Part shown: piece by piece, positions 1 to 8,708 of the stretch
Numbering within the stretch: the stretch's first letter is position 1
Layout: each line of letters begins with the position of its first letter
Assembly (NCBI GenBank): GCA_964471005.1
Contig: CAYYIC010000002.1
Coordinates: forward strand, 1 to 32,818
Reading direction: 5' to 3'
Origin: an uncultured Staphylococcaceae bacterium
GTDB taxonomy: Bacteria; Bacillota_I; Bacilli_A; RFN20; CAG-826
Length of the DNA: 32,818 bases
The notes under the pieces: model-generated
What the model was told of the DNA's origin: nothing
Seen by the model: the letters and a program-made list of their open reading frames with translations, nothing else
The model's database searches: none
Program-made: the position numbers and the translations under genes

Positions 1-85
1 GTGAAAGGCGATTTGTGTATTCCGTAAGAGCGACGCGCCAATAATCTTCTTTGATACTTCCGACAGCGACGATTTTAATTTTCAT
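1..85 (-). CDS. rlmH: 23S rRNA (pseudouridine1915-N3)-methyltransferase RlmH, N-terminal fragment; the gene runs off the left edge
   Basis: Too short for the ORF track. The reverse complement of 1-85 starts with ATG and reads MKIKIVAVGSIKEDYWRVALTEYTNRLS. This resembles the conserved RlmH N-terminus (..IGK.K..Y....I.EY.KRLS, recalled from B. subtilis YydA). An AAGGAGGG Shine-Dalgarno (rc of 93-100) lies 7 nt upstream. The gene overlaps the end of the preceding gene by 11 nt. Confidence 0.75.
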   Translation of the reverse strand, partial: MKIKIVAVGSIKEDYWRVALTEYTNRLS

Positions 86-830
86 GGGCTTGCCCTCCTT
101 GAATCATCGACCATTGATCCGCGCAATAGATGCGAATTTTGTTAACATCGATGAAACGCTTTTTTAAGATTCGTAAATACGTGCTCAAGGCTGTTTCGTT
201 TGTGTTGGCTTCTTCGGATATATGAGCCAGGACAATCTCTTTCGTTCTCTCACCGACGAGTTCGCTCATATATAGAGCTGAGTCTTCGTTAGATAGATGG
301 CCAAAGTCGCTGAGAATCCTTTGTTTTAAATCTGCGGGTCGATTGGTCTGCAACAGCATTTTGATATTGTGATTGGATTCAATTATATAGTAGTCGGCAT
401 CGCGCATGACTTCGAGATTTTTTTCGCTGATAAAGCCGGTGTCGGTCATATAGACAAGTTTCTCGTTTGTGTTTTCAAACAAAAAACCAATCGGGGCAAA
501 GGCATCGTGGGAAGTCGCTAGAGGGGTGATATCTAAACCGATAATATTCACTTTTTCGTAAGGTTTGAGAAGGTGGTGCTTACTTCCTCCAAGTGTTCCT
601 TCAGTTGCGTAGATGATTTCATCATCAAAAAAGCGCGCTCCACTCGCGTGGTCGGTGTGCTCATGAGTAAATAAGACAGCTTCGATGTCTTGAAATTTGT
701 AACTGATAGCCTCCAGTTCGCTTTTAAGCCTGACAAGGGTAATGCCCATATCGATTAAAAGAACACGACCATCGTGTTCTAGTAAGGTGGCATTGCCTTT
801 GGAGCCGCTGGCGATAATATAAAAGCGCAT
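75..830 (-). CDS. yycJ: MBL-fold metallo-hydrolase, YycJ/WalJ family
   Basis: 251 aa. Carries the HEHTDH (HxHxDH) zinc motif, plus ESNHN and RILSDFGHLSNEDSA blocks typical of Bacillus YycJ/WalJ. Its ATG shares one nucleotide with the dnaB TGA (TGATG at 828-832), which implies translational coupling. Confidence 0.85.
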   Translation of the reverse strand: MRFYIIASGSKGNATLLEHDGRVLLIDMGITLVRLKSELEAISYKFQDIEAVLFTHEHTDHASGARFFDDEIIYATEGTLGGSKHHLLKPYEKVNIIGLDITPLATSHDAFAPIGFLFENTNEKLVYMTDTGFISEKNLEVMRDADYYIIESNHNIKMLLQTNRPADLKQRILSDFGHLSNEDSALYMSELVGERTKEIVLAHISEEANTNETALSTYLRILKKRFIDVNKIRIYCADQWSMIQGGQAHEN

Positions 831-2323
831 CAGGCTGATCCGCCATCCTCGGCTTCAATGCGTGCCAAATCTTCTTCGTATTCGCGCGTCGGATTGTCAA
901 ATCGTCCATAGCTTTTAAAGAAGTGGAGGGGAACCATTCCAACTTTACCATTGCGGTTTTTAGCGATTGATACTTCGACCAAGGAAGCGTCACCTGGAAG
1001 TTTGGCGTCGAGTTCGCGGATCTTGTCCTCTTTGGTTTTTTCTTCAGGCTGACCATCTTGGGGAAATCTCCGGCGTCTGGCCCCTAATTTAATACCCATA
1101 TCTTCATAGTAATCGCGGCGGAATAAGAGCAAGACTAAGTCGGCATCCTGTTCAATCGAACCAGATTCGCGTAGGTCCGAAAGTTGCGGACGCTTATCGT
1201 CGCGTTTTTCAACTTCGCGAGAGAGCTGTGAAACGGCGATGACGGGAACTTTTAGTTCGCGAGCCAAATCTTTTAAAGAACGGGAAATTTCGCTCACTTC
1301 TTGCTGGCGGCTTTCAAACTTCTTGGCTCCCGATGTGATCAGGCCGATATAGTCGATAATAATTAATCCTAATTCGCCGTGCGTATTATGAAGTTTGCGT
1401 GACTTGGCGATGATGTCGTTAAGTTTAATACCGGGCGTGTCGTCGATAAAAATTGTCGAGCGCGAAATGACATTAATCGCTTCTTCGATGGCGACGCGAC
1501 TCTTGGGCGGCAGAAAGCCGCGCGAAATATCTTCTAGAGGGACGCAAGCGCGGTTGGCCACCAATCTCTTGGCGAGCGAATCCGAGGACATTTCGAGCGA
1601 AAAAATGGCGACCGGTAAATTGTTTTTAAGCGAGACGTTAAAGGCGACATTTAAGGCAAATGCCGTCTTGCCCATACCGGGGCGGGCGGCGACGATGATT
1701 AAGTTATCCTTTTGCAAGCCCTGAGTGAGAGCATTCAGTTTAGTGTAGCCGGTGTTCATGCCAGTAACGCCATCTTCTGTCGCTTTTTTGGCTTGCAAAT
1801 TGATACTTTCGCGAACGCGATCGGCTAGTTCACCACTACCGATAAAATTGGAGATGCGCCGCTTCTCCGTAACTTTGCGAACGCGAACTTCGGCATCGGA
1901 AACAAAGTCGGTGATATCTTCGATTTGCTTCTCTAAATACTCGTCGTCGATTTGGCGAATCGTTAATAGAAGGTTGCGAAGAACGGCTTGGTCTTTGATG
2001 ATTTTAATGTAGAATTCAAGGTTTGATAGCGAGATGGCGGATTGTGATAATTCAAGGAGAAAATCAGTGCCACCAATTGAATCTAACTCTTTAGAGTTAA
2101 TTAATTCTTCGGTCACGGTTTGGACGTCGATGGGAATATGTTTATCCTGCAGTTGACGCATCGCTTTAAAAACGGTGCGATTTGCGTAATTGCCATCAAA
2201 AAACTCTTCGATGCTCAGAGAGCCTAGACCGTCGACCACCGCTTGAGAAGAAAGGAGCATCGAGCCCAAGACGGCTTTTTCGGCCTCATTATTGTTGGGA
2301 AGTGAATTACGTGCTTTGGCCAT
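830..2323 (-). CDS. dnaB: Replicative DNA helicase (DnaB family; DnaC in Bacillus nomenclature)
   Basis: 497 aa. N-terminal block NNEAEKAVLGSMLL, Walker A ARPGMGKT, LSDLRESGSIEQDADLV, IAKNRNG. Has an extra charged segment of about 30 aa before the last motif (see findings). Confidence 0.95.
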   Translation of the reverse strand: MAKARNSLPNNNEAEKAVLGSMLLSSQAVVDGLGSLSIEEFFDGNYANRTVFKAMRQLQDKHIPIDVQTVTEELINSKELDSIGGTDFLLELSQSAISLSNLEFYIKIIKDQAVLRNLLLTIRQIDDEYLEKQIEDITDFVSDAEVRVRKVTEKRRISNFIGSGELADRVRESINLQAKKATEDGVTGMNTGYTKLNALTQGLQKDNLIIVAARPGMGKTAFALNVAFNVSLKNNLPVAIFSLEMSSDSLAKRLVANRACVPLEDISRGFLPPKSRVAIEEAINVISRSTIFIDDTPGIKLNDIIAKSRKLHNTHGELGLIIIDYIGLITSGAKKFESRQQEVSEISRSLKDLARELKVPVIAVSQLSREVEKRDDKRPQLSDLRESGSIEQDADLVLLLFRRDYYEDMGIKLGARRRRFPQDGQPEEKTKEDKIRELDAKLPGDASLVEVSIAKNRNGKVGMVPLHFFKSYGRFDNPTREYEEDLARIEAEDGGSA

Positions 2324-2325
2324 AG

Positions 2326-2775
2326 TTACTCCTTCTTGATGACGCGGACGTTAACGATACCCTCGACGCCTTTATACAAATCGATGCGCAGGCGGCTATA
2401 ACCTAGGTTGTTAATCGCAACTTTATCGATAAAACGACGCTTGTCGATTACGACATGGTGTTTGCCTTTGAGTTCGGCCTCAATCTGCTTCGCGGAAATC
2501 GAGCCGAACATCTTTTGGTCGGCCCCGACTTGAACGATAAATTCAAGAGTGATAGAAGCGAGTTTTTTAGCAACTTCTAAAGCGTTTTCTTTTTCTTGAG
2601 TTTCGGCGTCTTTTTTGTCTTGAATTTGTTTGTTTAAAACTTCAATGGATCTCGAGGTTTCGATGACGGCGAGGCGCCTGGGAAGTAAAAAATTGCTGGC
2701 GTAGCCATCGCTGACTTCCACCGACTGGCCTTTTTTTCCGACATTTTTAACATCTTGCAATAAAATAACGCGCAT
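2326..2775 (-). CDS. rplI: 50S ribosomal protein L9
   Basis: 149 aa. MRVILLQDVKNVGKKGQSVEVSDGYASNFLLPRRLA is the canonical L9 N-terminus. It sits in the conserved gdpP-rplI-dnaB position. Confidence 0.95.
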   Translation of the reverse strand: MRVILLQDVKNVGKKGQSVEVSDGYASNFLLPRRLAVIETSRSIEVLNKQIQDKKDAETQEKENALEVAKKLASITLEFIVQVGADQKMFGSISAKQIEAELKGKHHVVIDKRRFIDKVAINNLGYSRLRIDLYKGVEGIVNVRVIKKE

Positions 2776-2776
2776 C

Positions 2777-4801
2777 TTAAACTCTCGCTTTCTGCTCTTG
2801 CGAACGAGCGTCGTTTAAATATTCATTCAGCACTTCGAGAAGTTTCTCTTCGGCTTTCTTAATTGTGCCATTCTTAAAAGTCACACCCGCGGAAGCAAAG
2901 TGGCCGCCGCCAAACATCTTTTCGGCGAGCATTTGGACGTTGATTGTCCCATCGCTGCGAGATGAGATGCGGGTCTCTTTTTCATCGGTGTTGCCGATGA
3001 CGAAGGCCGCGTTAACGCCCTTCATCTGCATGCATTGATTGGCGACTTTAGCAAGTGTTGCCGTTTCGATGAGTTCGCCTTCTTCAGCGACGCAGTAGAC
3101 GACACCGTAGTGCGGTGTCTTGAGCGTCGAGATGATCTTGGTGACGAGGGAATACTCTTCAAATTCGTCTTTTAAATAATCGTCGGCGATCGAGTTATCC
3201 GCTCCATATTCTTTAAGGACCATCGAGGCTTCAAAGGTCCGAATACCGGTATTTTTAGACTTAAAGTAAGTCGTATCGAGGAAGATGCCCGAGAGCATAA
3301 TCGTCGCATACGTCGGCGTGATTTCAATGCGCGGGTTAGCCGATGAATAGCGAATCAACTCCGTGACTAATTCGCAAGTCGAAGAGGCGCTAGGTTCGAC
3401 GTAACTAAAGACTGGTGATTCAATAAATTCTTCAGCCCGACGATGATGGTCGATAACCATTACTTTGGTAGCTTTCTCAAGCAACTTAGGAGCCATTGTG
3501 AGGCTCGGTCGATGGACATCGCAGATGATAACCAAAGTGTTCGAGCGAACTTTATCGATGCTATCGCTCGGGGAGATGGTGATGCGGGCCAGTTCTTCGC
3601 GAGAGAAGGCACCAGTGAATGCAAATTTTGCTTTGCGTTCCATTAATTTTGGATCGTAGACGATGTGTGATGATTTGTTGCAGTATTCACAGATGGCGCG
3701 CATACCAAGGCAGGCGCCCAAAGCGTCCATATCCATCGCCGTATGGCCCATGATAATGACGTTGCTGGAGTTCTTTATCAAAGATAAAACAGAGTCGGCC
3801 ATAACGCGGACTTTGACTTTATTGCGCTTTTCCTGAGCTTCGCTTTTGCCGCCGAAGAAAATGAGTTCGTCACCATATTTGGAAACGACGACTTGGTCGC
3901 CCCCTCGCGACATGGCGATATCGATGGCGTTACCAGCCATTTCATATAGTTTAATAACATCCGGAAAGTCGTGGGCTAGGCCGATTGATAAGGTTGGCGG
4001 GGTTTCTTCTTTGGCCCCTAATTCACGCACTTTTTCAAGGAGCGAAAAGCGATCTTTTTTCATCCGCGATAAAGAGGTGAAGTTACAGAGGGCAAAATAG
4101 GCGTCATTGCGATAACGACGTAACAAGACGCCGTATTCTTTGGCATAATCAAAAATTAAGTTTTTAACTTTCGAGATGACATCGTTTGCGTCATCGAGGT
4201 TGCCGGCGACGTCAGAATAATTATCGAGCATGATGATGCCAAGGACTGGGGCTTGCTCGCGGGAATACTCAAAAATGGATTCATATTCAGTCATATCTTT
4301 AAAGATATAAAGACCAGCATCGCTTAGATATTTAACATCGTAGTTACGCGAGTTGACTTCGATTTTGACCACCACATCTGGACTGGCGTCATGCAGTTCG
4401 CGAAGTTTGGGCTGCCAATCTAAAATGTTGATATCGAGCAAATCGATTTGCCGTTCTTGAAATAAATCGTTCGTCCATAGAACAATATCATTCTCGTCGA
4501 CAACAACGAGGCCGATCATGCCAAACTTGTATGCTTCCTGAACGTCGTTGCCGATTAATTCAGCGGCCTTTAAGTCGCTCTTTTTGCGAATCTTAGATAG
4601 GCGAAGGAGCATCACCCAGATGAATAAGACGTTGATGATGACAAAGCCGGCAAGGGTAGCAAAAAGGTATTCGATGATAAAAAGATCGCGGAAATTAAAG
4701 AAATTATAAAAATAGATGAACGCTAAAGCGGCGGCGCTTATTAATTCCAGCGCCACGATAAACAAAGCGCGGATTTTCATTTTTCGAAGTTCTTTGGTCA
4801 T
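2777..4801 (-). CDS. gdpP: Membrane-anchored DHH/DHHA1 phosphodiesterase, GdpP (YybT) family cyclic-di-AMP phosphodiesterase
   Basis: 674 aa. Two N-terminal hydrophobic helices, a central degenerate GGDEF-like region, a DHH motif (VIDHHRR) and the DHHA1 GGGH motif (FGGGHFASAG). Conserved position between rpsR and rplI. Confidence 0.9.
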   Translation of the reverse strand: MTKELRKMKIRALFIVALELISAAALAFIYFYNFFNFRDLFIIEYLFATLAGFVIINVLFIWVMLLRLSKIRKKSDLKAAELIGNDVQEAYKFGMIGLVVVDENDIVLWTNDLFQERQIDLLDINILDWQPKLRELHDASPDVVVKIEVNSRNYDVKYLSDAGLYIFKDMTEYESIFEYSREQAPVLGIIMLDNYSDVAGNLDDANDVISKVKNLIFDYAKEYGVLLRRYRNDAYFALCNFTSLSRMKKDRFSLLEKVRELGAKEETPPTLSIGLAHDFPDVIKLYEMAGNAIDIAMSRGGDQVVVSKYGDELIFFGGKSEAQEKRNKVKVRVMADSVLSLIKNSSNVIIMGHTAMDMDALGACLGMRAICEYCNKSSHIVYDPKLMERKAKFAFTGAFSREELARITISPSDSIDKVRSNTLVIICDVHRPSLTMAPKLLEKATKVMVIDHHRRAEEFIESPVFSYVEPSASSTCELVTELIRYSSANPRIEITPTYATIMLSGIFLDTTYFKSKNTGIRTFEASMVLKEYGADNSIADDYLKDEFEEYSLVTKIISTLKTPHYGVVYCVAEEGELIETATLAKVANQCMQMKGVNAAFVIGNTDEKETRISSRSDGTINVQMLAEKMFGGGHFASAGVTFKNGTIKKAEEKLLEVLNEYLNDARSQEQKARV

Positions 4802-4821
4802 ATTTGCCTCGGCTGTCTCTA

Positions 4822-4830
4822 ATTATAACA
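4822..4830 (-). promoter_or_regulatory. Candidate extended -10 promoter (TGtTATAAT) for gdpP-rplI-dnaB-yycJ-rlmH
   Basis: The reverse complement of 4822-4830 is TGTTATAAT. It sits just downstream of the rpsR terminator and about 20 nt upstream of the gdpP ATG, leaving room for the GAGG Shine-Dalgarno. Confidence 0.45.
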
Positions 4831-4936
4831 AATAACATATATAAAAAAGTATAAAGTAATATAAAAGTAATCTTGACTTGTTTTAATATAAGCCGTTGTC
4901 GCATAAATGCGATGGGCCATTATTCGGCGACAAGAG

Positions 4937-4970
4937 ATAAAAAAGGGCTCTCGTTGGGGAGCCCATTTTT
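4937..4970 (-). terminator. Rho-independent terminator after rpsR
   Basis: Stem GGGCTC (4945-4950) pairs with GAGCCC (4959-4964). On the minus strand it is followed by U6 (A-run 4939-4944 on plus). A T-run also sits on the other side, so the geometry is bidirectional. Confidence 0.8.
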
Positions 4971-4972
4971 GT

Positions 4973-5200
4973 TTAGTCGATAACGAAGGGGAGGAGAGCC
5001 ATGAAACGAGCGTTTTTAATGGCTTTGGCGAGTTCTCTTTGATATCTAGCGGCCGTGCCGGTTGAGCGGCGAGGCGAGATTTTGCCGTTCGGCGTGATAA
5101 ATCTGGAGAGAAGTTCGACATCTTTGTAATCGATGTGAGTGATTTTATTTTTTGTAAAATAGCAAACCTTTTTGCGAGGTCTAACTTTTTTGTAACCCAT
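4973..5200 (-). CDS. rpsR: 30S ribosomal protein S18
   Basis: 75 aa. Reads [40 protein letters not shown]. Last gene of the rpsF-ssb-rpsR operon. AAAGGA Shine-Dalgarno. Confidence 0.95.
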   Translation of the reverse strand: MGYKKVRPRKKVCYFTKNKITHIDYKDVELLSRFITPNGKISPRRSTGTAARYQRELAKAIKNARFMALLPFVID

Positions 5201-5212
5201 TGTTTGTCCTTT

Positions 5213-5638
5213 CTAGAATGGTAGGTCGTCATCAACGATGTTGATGGCGTCTAAGTTTTTACTGTCTTCAGCTGGCTGTTGATCAGGTGTGAAGCCCGCT
5301 TCTTCAGGGCGCGCTTCGCCTTTTGGTTCCAGGAATTGAACGGAATCGCAGACCACTTCAAGAGCAGAAGCTTTGGTGCCGTCGCGACGTTCGTAATTTC
5401 TTTGGTTGAGACGGCCTTCGACACCGACCAATGAACCCTTGCGAGTGTATTTGGCGGTATTATCGGCGGCGGCGCCCCACACCGTGCAATTGATGAAGCT
5501 GGTGGTCTTTTGACCATCAGGTCCTTTCATGCGATTATCGACGGCGATGGTGAAGGAAGCCACAGCTGTTTCGTTGGACGTCCTCCGAAGTTCGGGATCG
5601 CGTGTTAGGCGACCGACTAAAACGACTCGATTGATCAT
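5213..5638 (-). CDS. ssb: Single-stranded DNA-binding protein
   Basis: 141 aa. OB-fold N-terminus MINRVVLVGRLTRDPELR and an acidic C-terminal tip DDDLPF. Confidence 0.95.
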   Translation of the reverse strand: MINRVVLVGRLTRDPELRRTSNETAVASFTIAVDNRMKGPDGQKTTSFINCTVWGAAADNTAKYTRKGSLVGVEGRLNQRNYERRDGTKASALEVVCDSVQFLEPKGEARPEEAGFTPDQQPAEDSKNLDAINIVDDDLPF

Positions 5639-5656
5639 AATTTAATCCTCCTTGCC

Positions 5657-5944
5657 TCAGCTTGCGTCAACTGTGATCAGATGACGAATTACGTTGGCAT
5701 CAATTCTGGCTAAGCGACCGAATTCGAGCAAGGCTGGTTGATCCGCCGTCACTTTGATGACAACGTAATAGCCTTTCTTTAAATCGTCGATCGGATAGGC
5801 AAAATCTTTTAATCCCCATTCTTTAACATCCGTAACCTCAGCACCATTGTTTGTTAAGATGGCGTGGAGTTTGGAGATTTCATCTTTGCGGGCGGCCTCT
5901 TCGAGGTCAGCCTTCAAGATGTACATGATTTCGTACTTGTTCAT
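5657..5944 (-). CDS. rpsF: 30S ribosomal protein S6
   Basis: 95 aa. MNKYEIMYILKADLEE is typical of S6. Strong AAAGGGAGG Shine-Dalgarno. Confidence 0.95.
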   Translation of the reverse strand: MNKYEIMYILKADLEEAARKDEISKLHAILTNNGAEVTDVKEWGLKDFAYPIDDLKKGYYVVIKVTADQPALLEFGRLARIDANVIRHLITVDAS

Positions 5945-5968
5945 TAGTACACCTCCCTTTTGGTCATT

Positions 5969-6015
5969 CGGCTACTATCTACTAGTAGCGGAGAGCATGC
6001 GACAAAATATCGCAT
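5969..6015 (-). promoter_or_regulatory. Two hairpins in the rpsF 5' leader (candidate S6:S18 autoregulatory leader)
   Basis: Stem GCTACT/AGTAGC (5971-5976 / 5984-5989) and stem ATGCGA/TCGCAT (5997-6002 / 6010-6015). Both lie within 70 nt upstream of the rpsF Shine-Dalgarno. I cannot verify by eye whether they match the published rpsF leader motif. Confidence 0.25.
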
Positions 6016-6165
6016 AACAATGTTATTCTATAATATACGTAAAGTAAAGTATTAATGCGCCCGGACGCTTGTGCGACCAAGCTCAAACGCAAGCGACTGG
6101 GTCAGATCGCTTTTGCTTGTCTCTCCTCCCTAGAAGATATATAAGGGGTGACAACGAAAAAGAGA

Positions 6166-7650
6166 CTATTTATCCCTCATACAAGGGAAGAGAATTACTT
6201 CGCGGATGGAGGTCTGATTAGCCATCAACATGATGATGCGATCGATGCCCATCCCGATACCTCCAGCTGGAGGCATTCCGTATTCGAGAGCTTCAAGGAA
6301 ATCGGTATCCATTTCATTGGCTTCTTCGTCGCCTAGTTCTTTGGCTTTTAGTTGGGCTAAAAAGCGTTCTTTTTGATCGAGGGGATCATTGAGCTCGGTA
6401 TAGGCGTTAGCAAATTCGGTACCATTGACAAATAATTCAAAACGTTCGACGAAACGCGGATCAGGACTCTTTTTTGTAAGTGGTGATATTTCGATTGGGT
6501 AAGAGTGGACAAAGGTCGGCTGAATCAGATCGTCTTCGCAATATTTATCGAAGAATTCATTGATGATGTGGCCGATTCCCGTCATGTGTTTTTCAATGTG
6601 GATACCGTGTTTTGCGGCGATCGCTTTAGCTTCTTCAAATGTCATCGTTTGATTAAAATCAACGCCGGACTTCTCTTTGACTAAATCAACCATCGATACC
6701 CATCTAAAAGGAGAGCCTAAATCAATGATTTTATCGCCCCATGGAATTTTGGTGGCGCCGAGTACTTTTAGCGCTGCTTCGCGGAGGACATTTTCGGCGA
6801 GATGGCGCATGTCTTGGAGATCTCCAAAAGCCTGGTATAATTCGACCGTCGTAAATTCGGGGTTATGCCGCGTATCCATTCCCTCATTGCGAAAGAGACG
6901 GCCTATCTCATAGACGCGCTCAATGCCACCGACCATCAATTTCTTAAGTGGCAATTCGGTGGCGATGCGTAGGTAAAAATTCTTATCGAGGGCATTGTGA
7001 TGCGTGACGAATGGGCGGGCGTTGGCACCGCCGAGAATCGGCGAAAGAACGCTCGTTTCAACTTCGACAAATCCTTGGCTGTCAAAATAATTTTGCATCG
7101 CGCGAATGACGCGAGGTCTCAGCAAGGCGATGCGCCGCGATTCATCATTAACAATCAAATCGACATAGCGGCGACGATATCTTTCTTCGACGTCCGTCAG
7201 ACCATGAAATTTTTCTGGCAGGGGTCGAAGGGCCTTGGTGAGGTGAACATACTCTTCAACACGGACAGTAATTTCGCCGGTGCGGGTGAGCATAATGCGT
7301 CCGGCGAGACCGATGATGTCGCCGAGGTCAGCGAGGCGAAATACTTCATAGGCTTTTTCGCCGACGATATCGATGCCAATATAGCCTTGAATCAATCCGC
7401 TGCGGTCCTTGATATTAACAAAGGAGGCTTTGCCCATTCTTCGAATGGCCATGATGCGTCCCGCAACTTTAACATGCAAATTTAATTTTTCTAATTCTTC
7501 GTTATTCTTGCCTTTTACAAGTTCTATTATTTCCGAAACATCGTGGCTCTTTTCATATTTTTGACCAAAGGGATCAACGCCTAATTCGCGATATTTTTCG
7601 AGCTTTTCACGTCGTACTTGTTCTTGGTCTGTCAAGGTCTCATCGATCAT
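6166..7650 (-). CDS. lysS: Lysine--tRNA ligase, class II
   Basis: 494 aa. Motif 2 region RLFRNEGMDTRHNPEFT and motif 3 GGIGMGIDRIIML. Conserved dusB-lysS neighbourhood. Confidence 0.95.
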   Translation of the reverse strand: MIDETLTDQEQVRREKLEKYRELGVDPFGQKYEKSHDVSEIIELVKGKNNEELEKLNLHVKVAGRIMAIRRMGKASFVNIKDRSGLIQGYIGIDIVGEKAYEVFRLADLGDIIGLAGRIMLTRTGEITVRVEEYVHLTKALRPLPEKFHGLTDVEERYRRRYVDLIVNDESRRIALLRPRVIRAMQNYFDSQGFVEVETSVLSPILGGANARPFVTHHNALDKNFYLRIATELPLKKLMVGGIERVYEIGRLFRNEGMDTRHNPEFTTVELYQAFGDLQDMRHLAENVLREAALKVLGATKIPWGDKIIDLGSPFRWVSMVDLVKEKSGVDFNQTMTFEEAKAIAAKHGIHIEKHMTGIGHIINEFFDKYCEDDLIQPTFVHSYPIEISPLTKKSPDPRFVERFELFVNGTEFANAYTELNDPLDQKERFLAQLKAKELGDEEANEMDTDFLEALEYGMPPAGGIGMGIDRIIMLMANQTSIREVILFPCMRDK

Positions 7651-7716
7651 ACATTTTTCCTCTTTTGCTTATATAAGCATATCATTTACTCTTTCGTTTT
7701 CAAAACGAACAATACA

Positions 7717-8682
7717 TTAGTTAATGTGCGACAAAATGTCGTCCAAGTCGGCTCGCGTGTTGAGATTGGTGGAGAGAGCGTTTTTGACCGTCTTCATCCC
7801 TGAAAAACCATTAAAGAAGCGAGGAGCGATTCCACGCAAAATCATCATCGCTTGCTTTTCGCCTTTTTCTTCAATTAAAAGCTTAGAGTAAGTCCGCAAA
7901 AACTCGACTTGCTCAAAGAGCGTTGCGTCGGGGAGTCGAACGCCGGCTTTCAAATAAGCATTTATCTGTTCGATGAGCCTAGGCTTGCCCATTGCCCCAC
8001 GAGCAACCATCACCGCATCAGCTTTTGTTATTTGCAGGGCTCGAATAGCATCGTCGAGGCTAAAGATATCGCCGCTGATGATAAGCGGTATCTTCATTTT
8101 TTCTTTAAGCCCTATAAGGACTTCCCAATCGGCTTTACCCGTGTACATCTGCTCAGTTGTCCGAGCGTGAATGGTGACAGCTGACAATCCGGCTCGTTCC
8201 AGCATCTCCACCACTTCAGAAAAATTGATTGATTGCGCATTCCAACCGAGGCGGATTTTGGCGGTGACTGGCTTCTTTGAAAAAGCGACAATTTGCTTGA
8301 CATATTCCTCAATTTTTTTGGGGTTTTTTAGCCAGGAAGATCCCGCGCCCGTCTTGGTCACTTTTGGGACTGGGCACCCAAAATTTAGATCGATAAAATC
8401 ATGGGGAATATCGGCTTTTTGAATGATTTCGATGGCTTTTTGCGCATTTTCTATCTTGCTTCCAAATAGCTGGATGCCAATTGGTCGATCCGTGTTTTTA
8501 GTGGGTAGGTAAGAAAAGGTATTTTCGTTTCCGTAAAAGAGCCCGCAGTCGCTGACCATCTCGGTGAAGCTGAGACCGACGCCAAAGGGTTTTAAAAATT
8601 TCCGATATGCCTCCGAAGTCACGCCGGCCATCGGGCCCAAAACAACATGCGATTCGATTATTGCATCAGCAATTTTCCACAT
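7717..8682 (-). CDS. dusB: tRNA-dihydrouridine synthase (DusB-like)
   Basis: 321 aa. VVLGPMAGVTSEAYR, DLNFGCPVPKVTKTGAGS and the GADAVMVARGA TIM-barrel flavoenzyme motifs. No Shine-Dalgarno. The ATG lies 3 nt after a terminator U-tract. Confidence 0.9.
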   Translation of the reverse strand: MWKIADAIIESHVVLGPMAGVTSEAYRKFLKPFGVGLSFTEMVSDCGLFYGNENTFSYLPTKNTDRPIGIQLFGSKIENAQKAIEIIQKADIPHDFIDLNFGCPVPKVTKTGAGSSWLKNPKKIEEYVKQIVAFSKKPVTAKIRLGWNAQSINFSEVVEMLERAGLSAVTIHARTTEQMYTGKADWEVLIGLKEKMKIPLIISGDIFSLDDAIRALQITKADAVMVARGAMGKPRLIEQINAYLKAGVRLPDATLFEQVEFLRTYSKLLIEEKGEKQAMMILRGIAPRFFNGFSGMKTVKNALSTNLNTRADLDDILSHIN

Positions 8683-8684
8683 AC

Positions 8685-8708
8685 GAAAAAAGGAAGGTTT
8701 CCCTTCCT
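8685..8708 (-). terminator. Intrinsic terminator-like hairpin between ftsH and dusB
   Basis: Minus-strand RNA reads AGGAAGG-GAAA-CCUUCCU followed by UUUUU: a 7-bp stem (8702-8708 / 8691-8697) and a U-tract (8686-8690). The ftsH UAG overlaps the 5' arm, and the dusB AUG follows the U-tract after 3 nt. Confidence 0.6.

Noticed and set aside
995-1105. Possible intein in DnaB, a classic intein host
   Set aside because: The extra segment is only about 30 aa. It lacks an N-terminal Cys/Ser and a C-terminal His-Asn followed by Cys/Ser/Thr, and it has no endonuclease or Hint blocks. It is kept only as a low-interest loop insertion.
4897-4910. Dyads built from the same hexamers: TCGCAT-AA-ATGCGA here and ATGCGA-N7-TCGCAT at 5997-6015, both upstream of minus-strand operons
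   Set aside because: Arm order and spacing differ between the two sites, so they cannot be the same protein-binding site. A shared 6-mer in two places within 33 kb is within chance expectation.
4819-5235. 138-aa ORF spanning the rpsR region and the rpsR-gdpP spacer, plus the 66-aa ORF at 4704-4904
   Set aside because: It overlaps rpsS18 (rpsR) and the end of ssb out of frame, and it runs through the rpsR terminator and the candidate gdpP promoter. The sequence has no family resemblance.
6997-7485. 162-aa ORF on the plus strand, antisense to lysS
   Set aside because: It lies entirely within the well-supported lysS gene on the other strand. The translation has no recognisable motifs, no Shine-Dalgarno and no promoter. 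This is typical of shadow ORFs opposite a codon-biased gene.
7651-7716. Palindromes in the dusB-lysS spacer (TTCGTTTT G AAAACGAA and GCTTATATAAGC) as a possible T-box or lysine-responsive leader for lysS
   Set aside because: A 66-nt spacer is far too short for a T-box or L-box riboswitch, and there is no specifier or antiterminator architecture. These are probably just a small stem and an AT-rich dyad.
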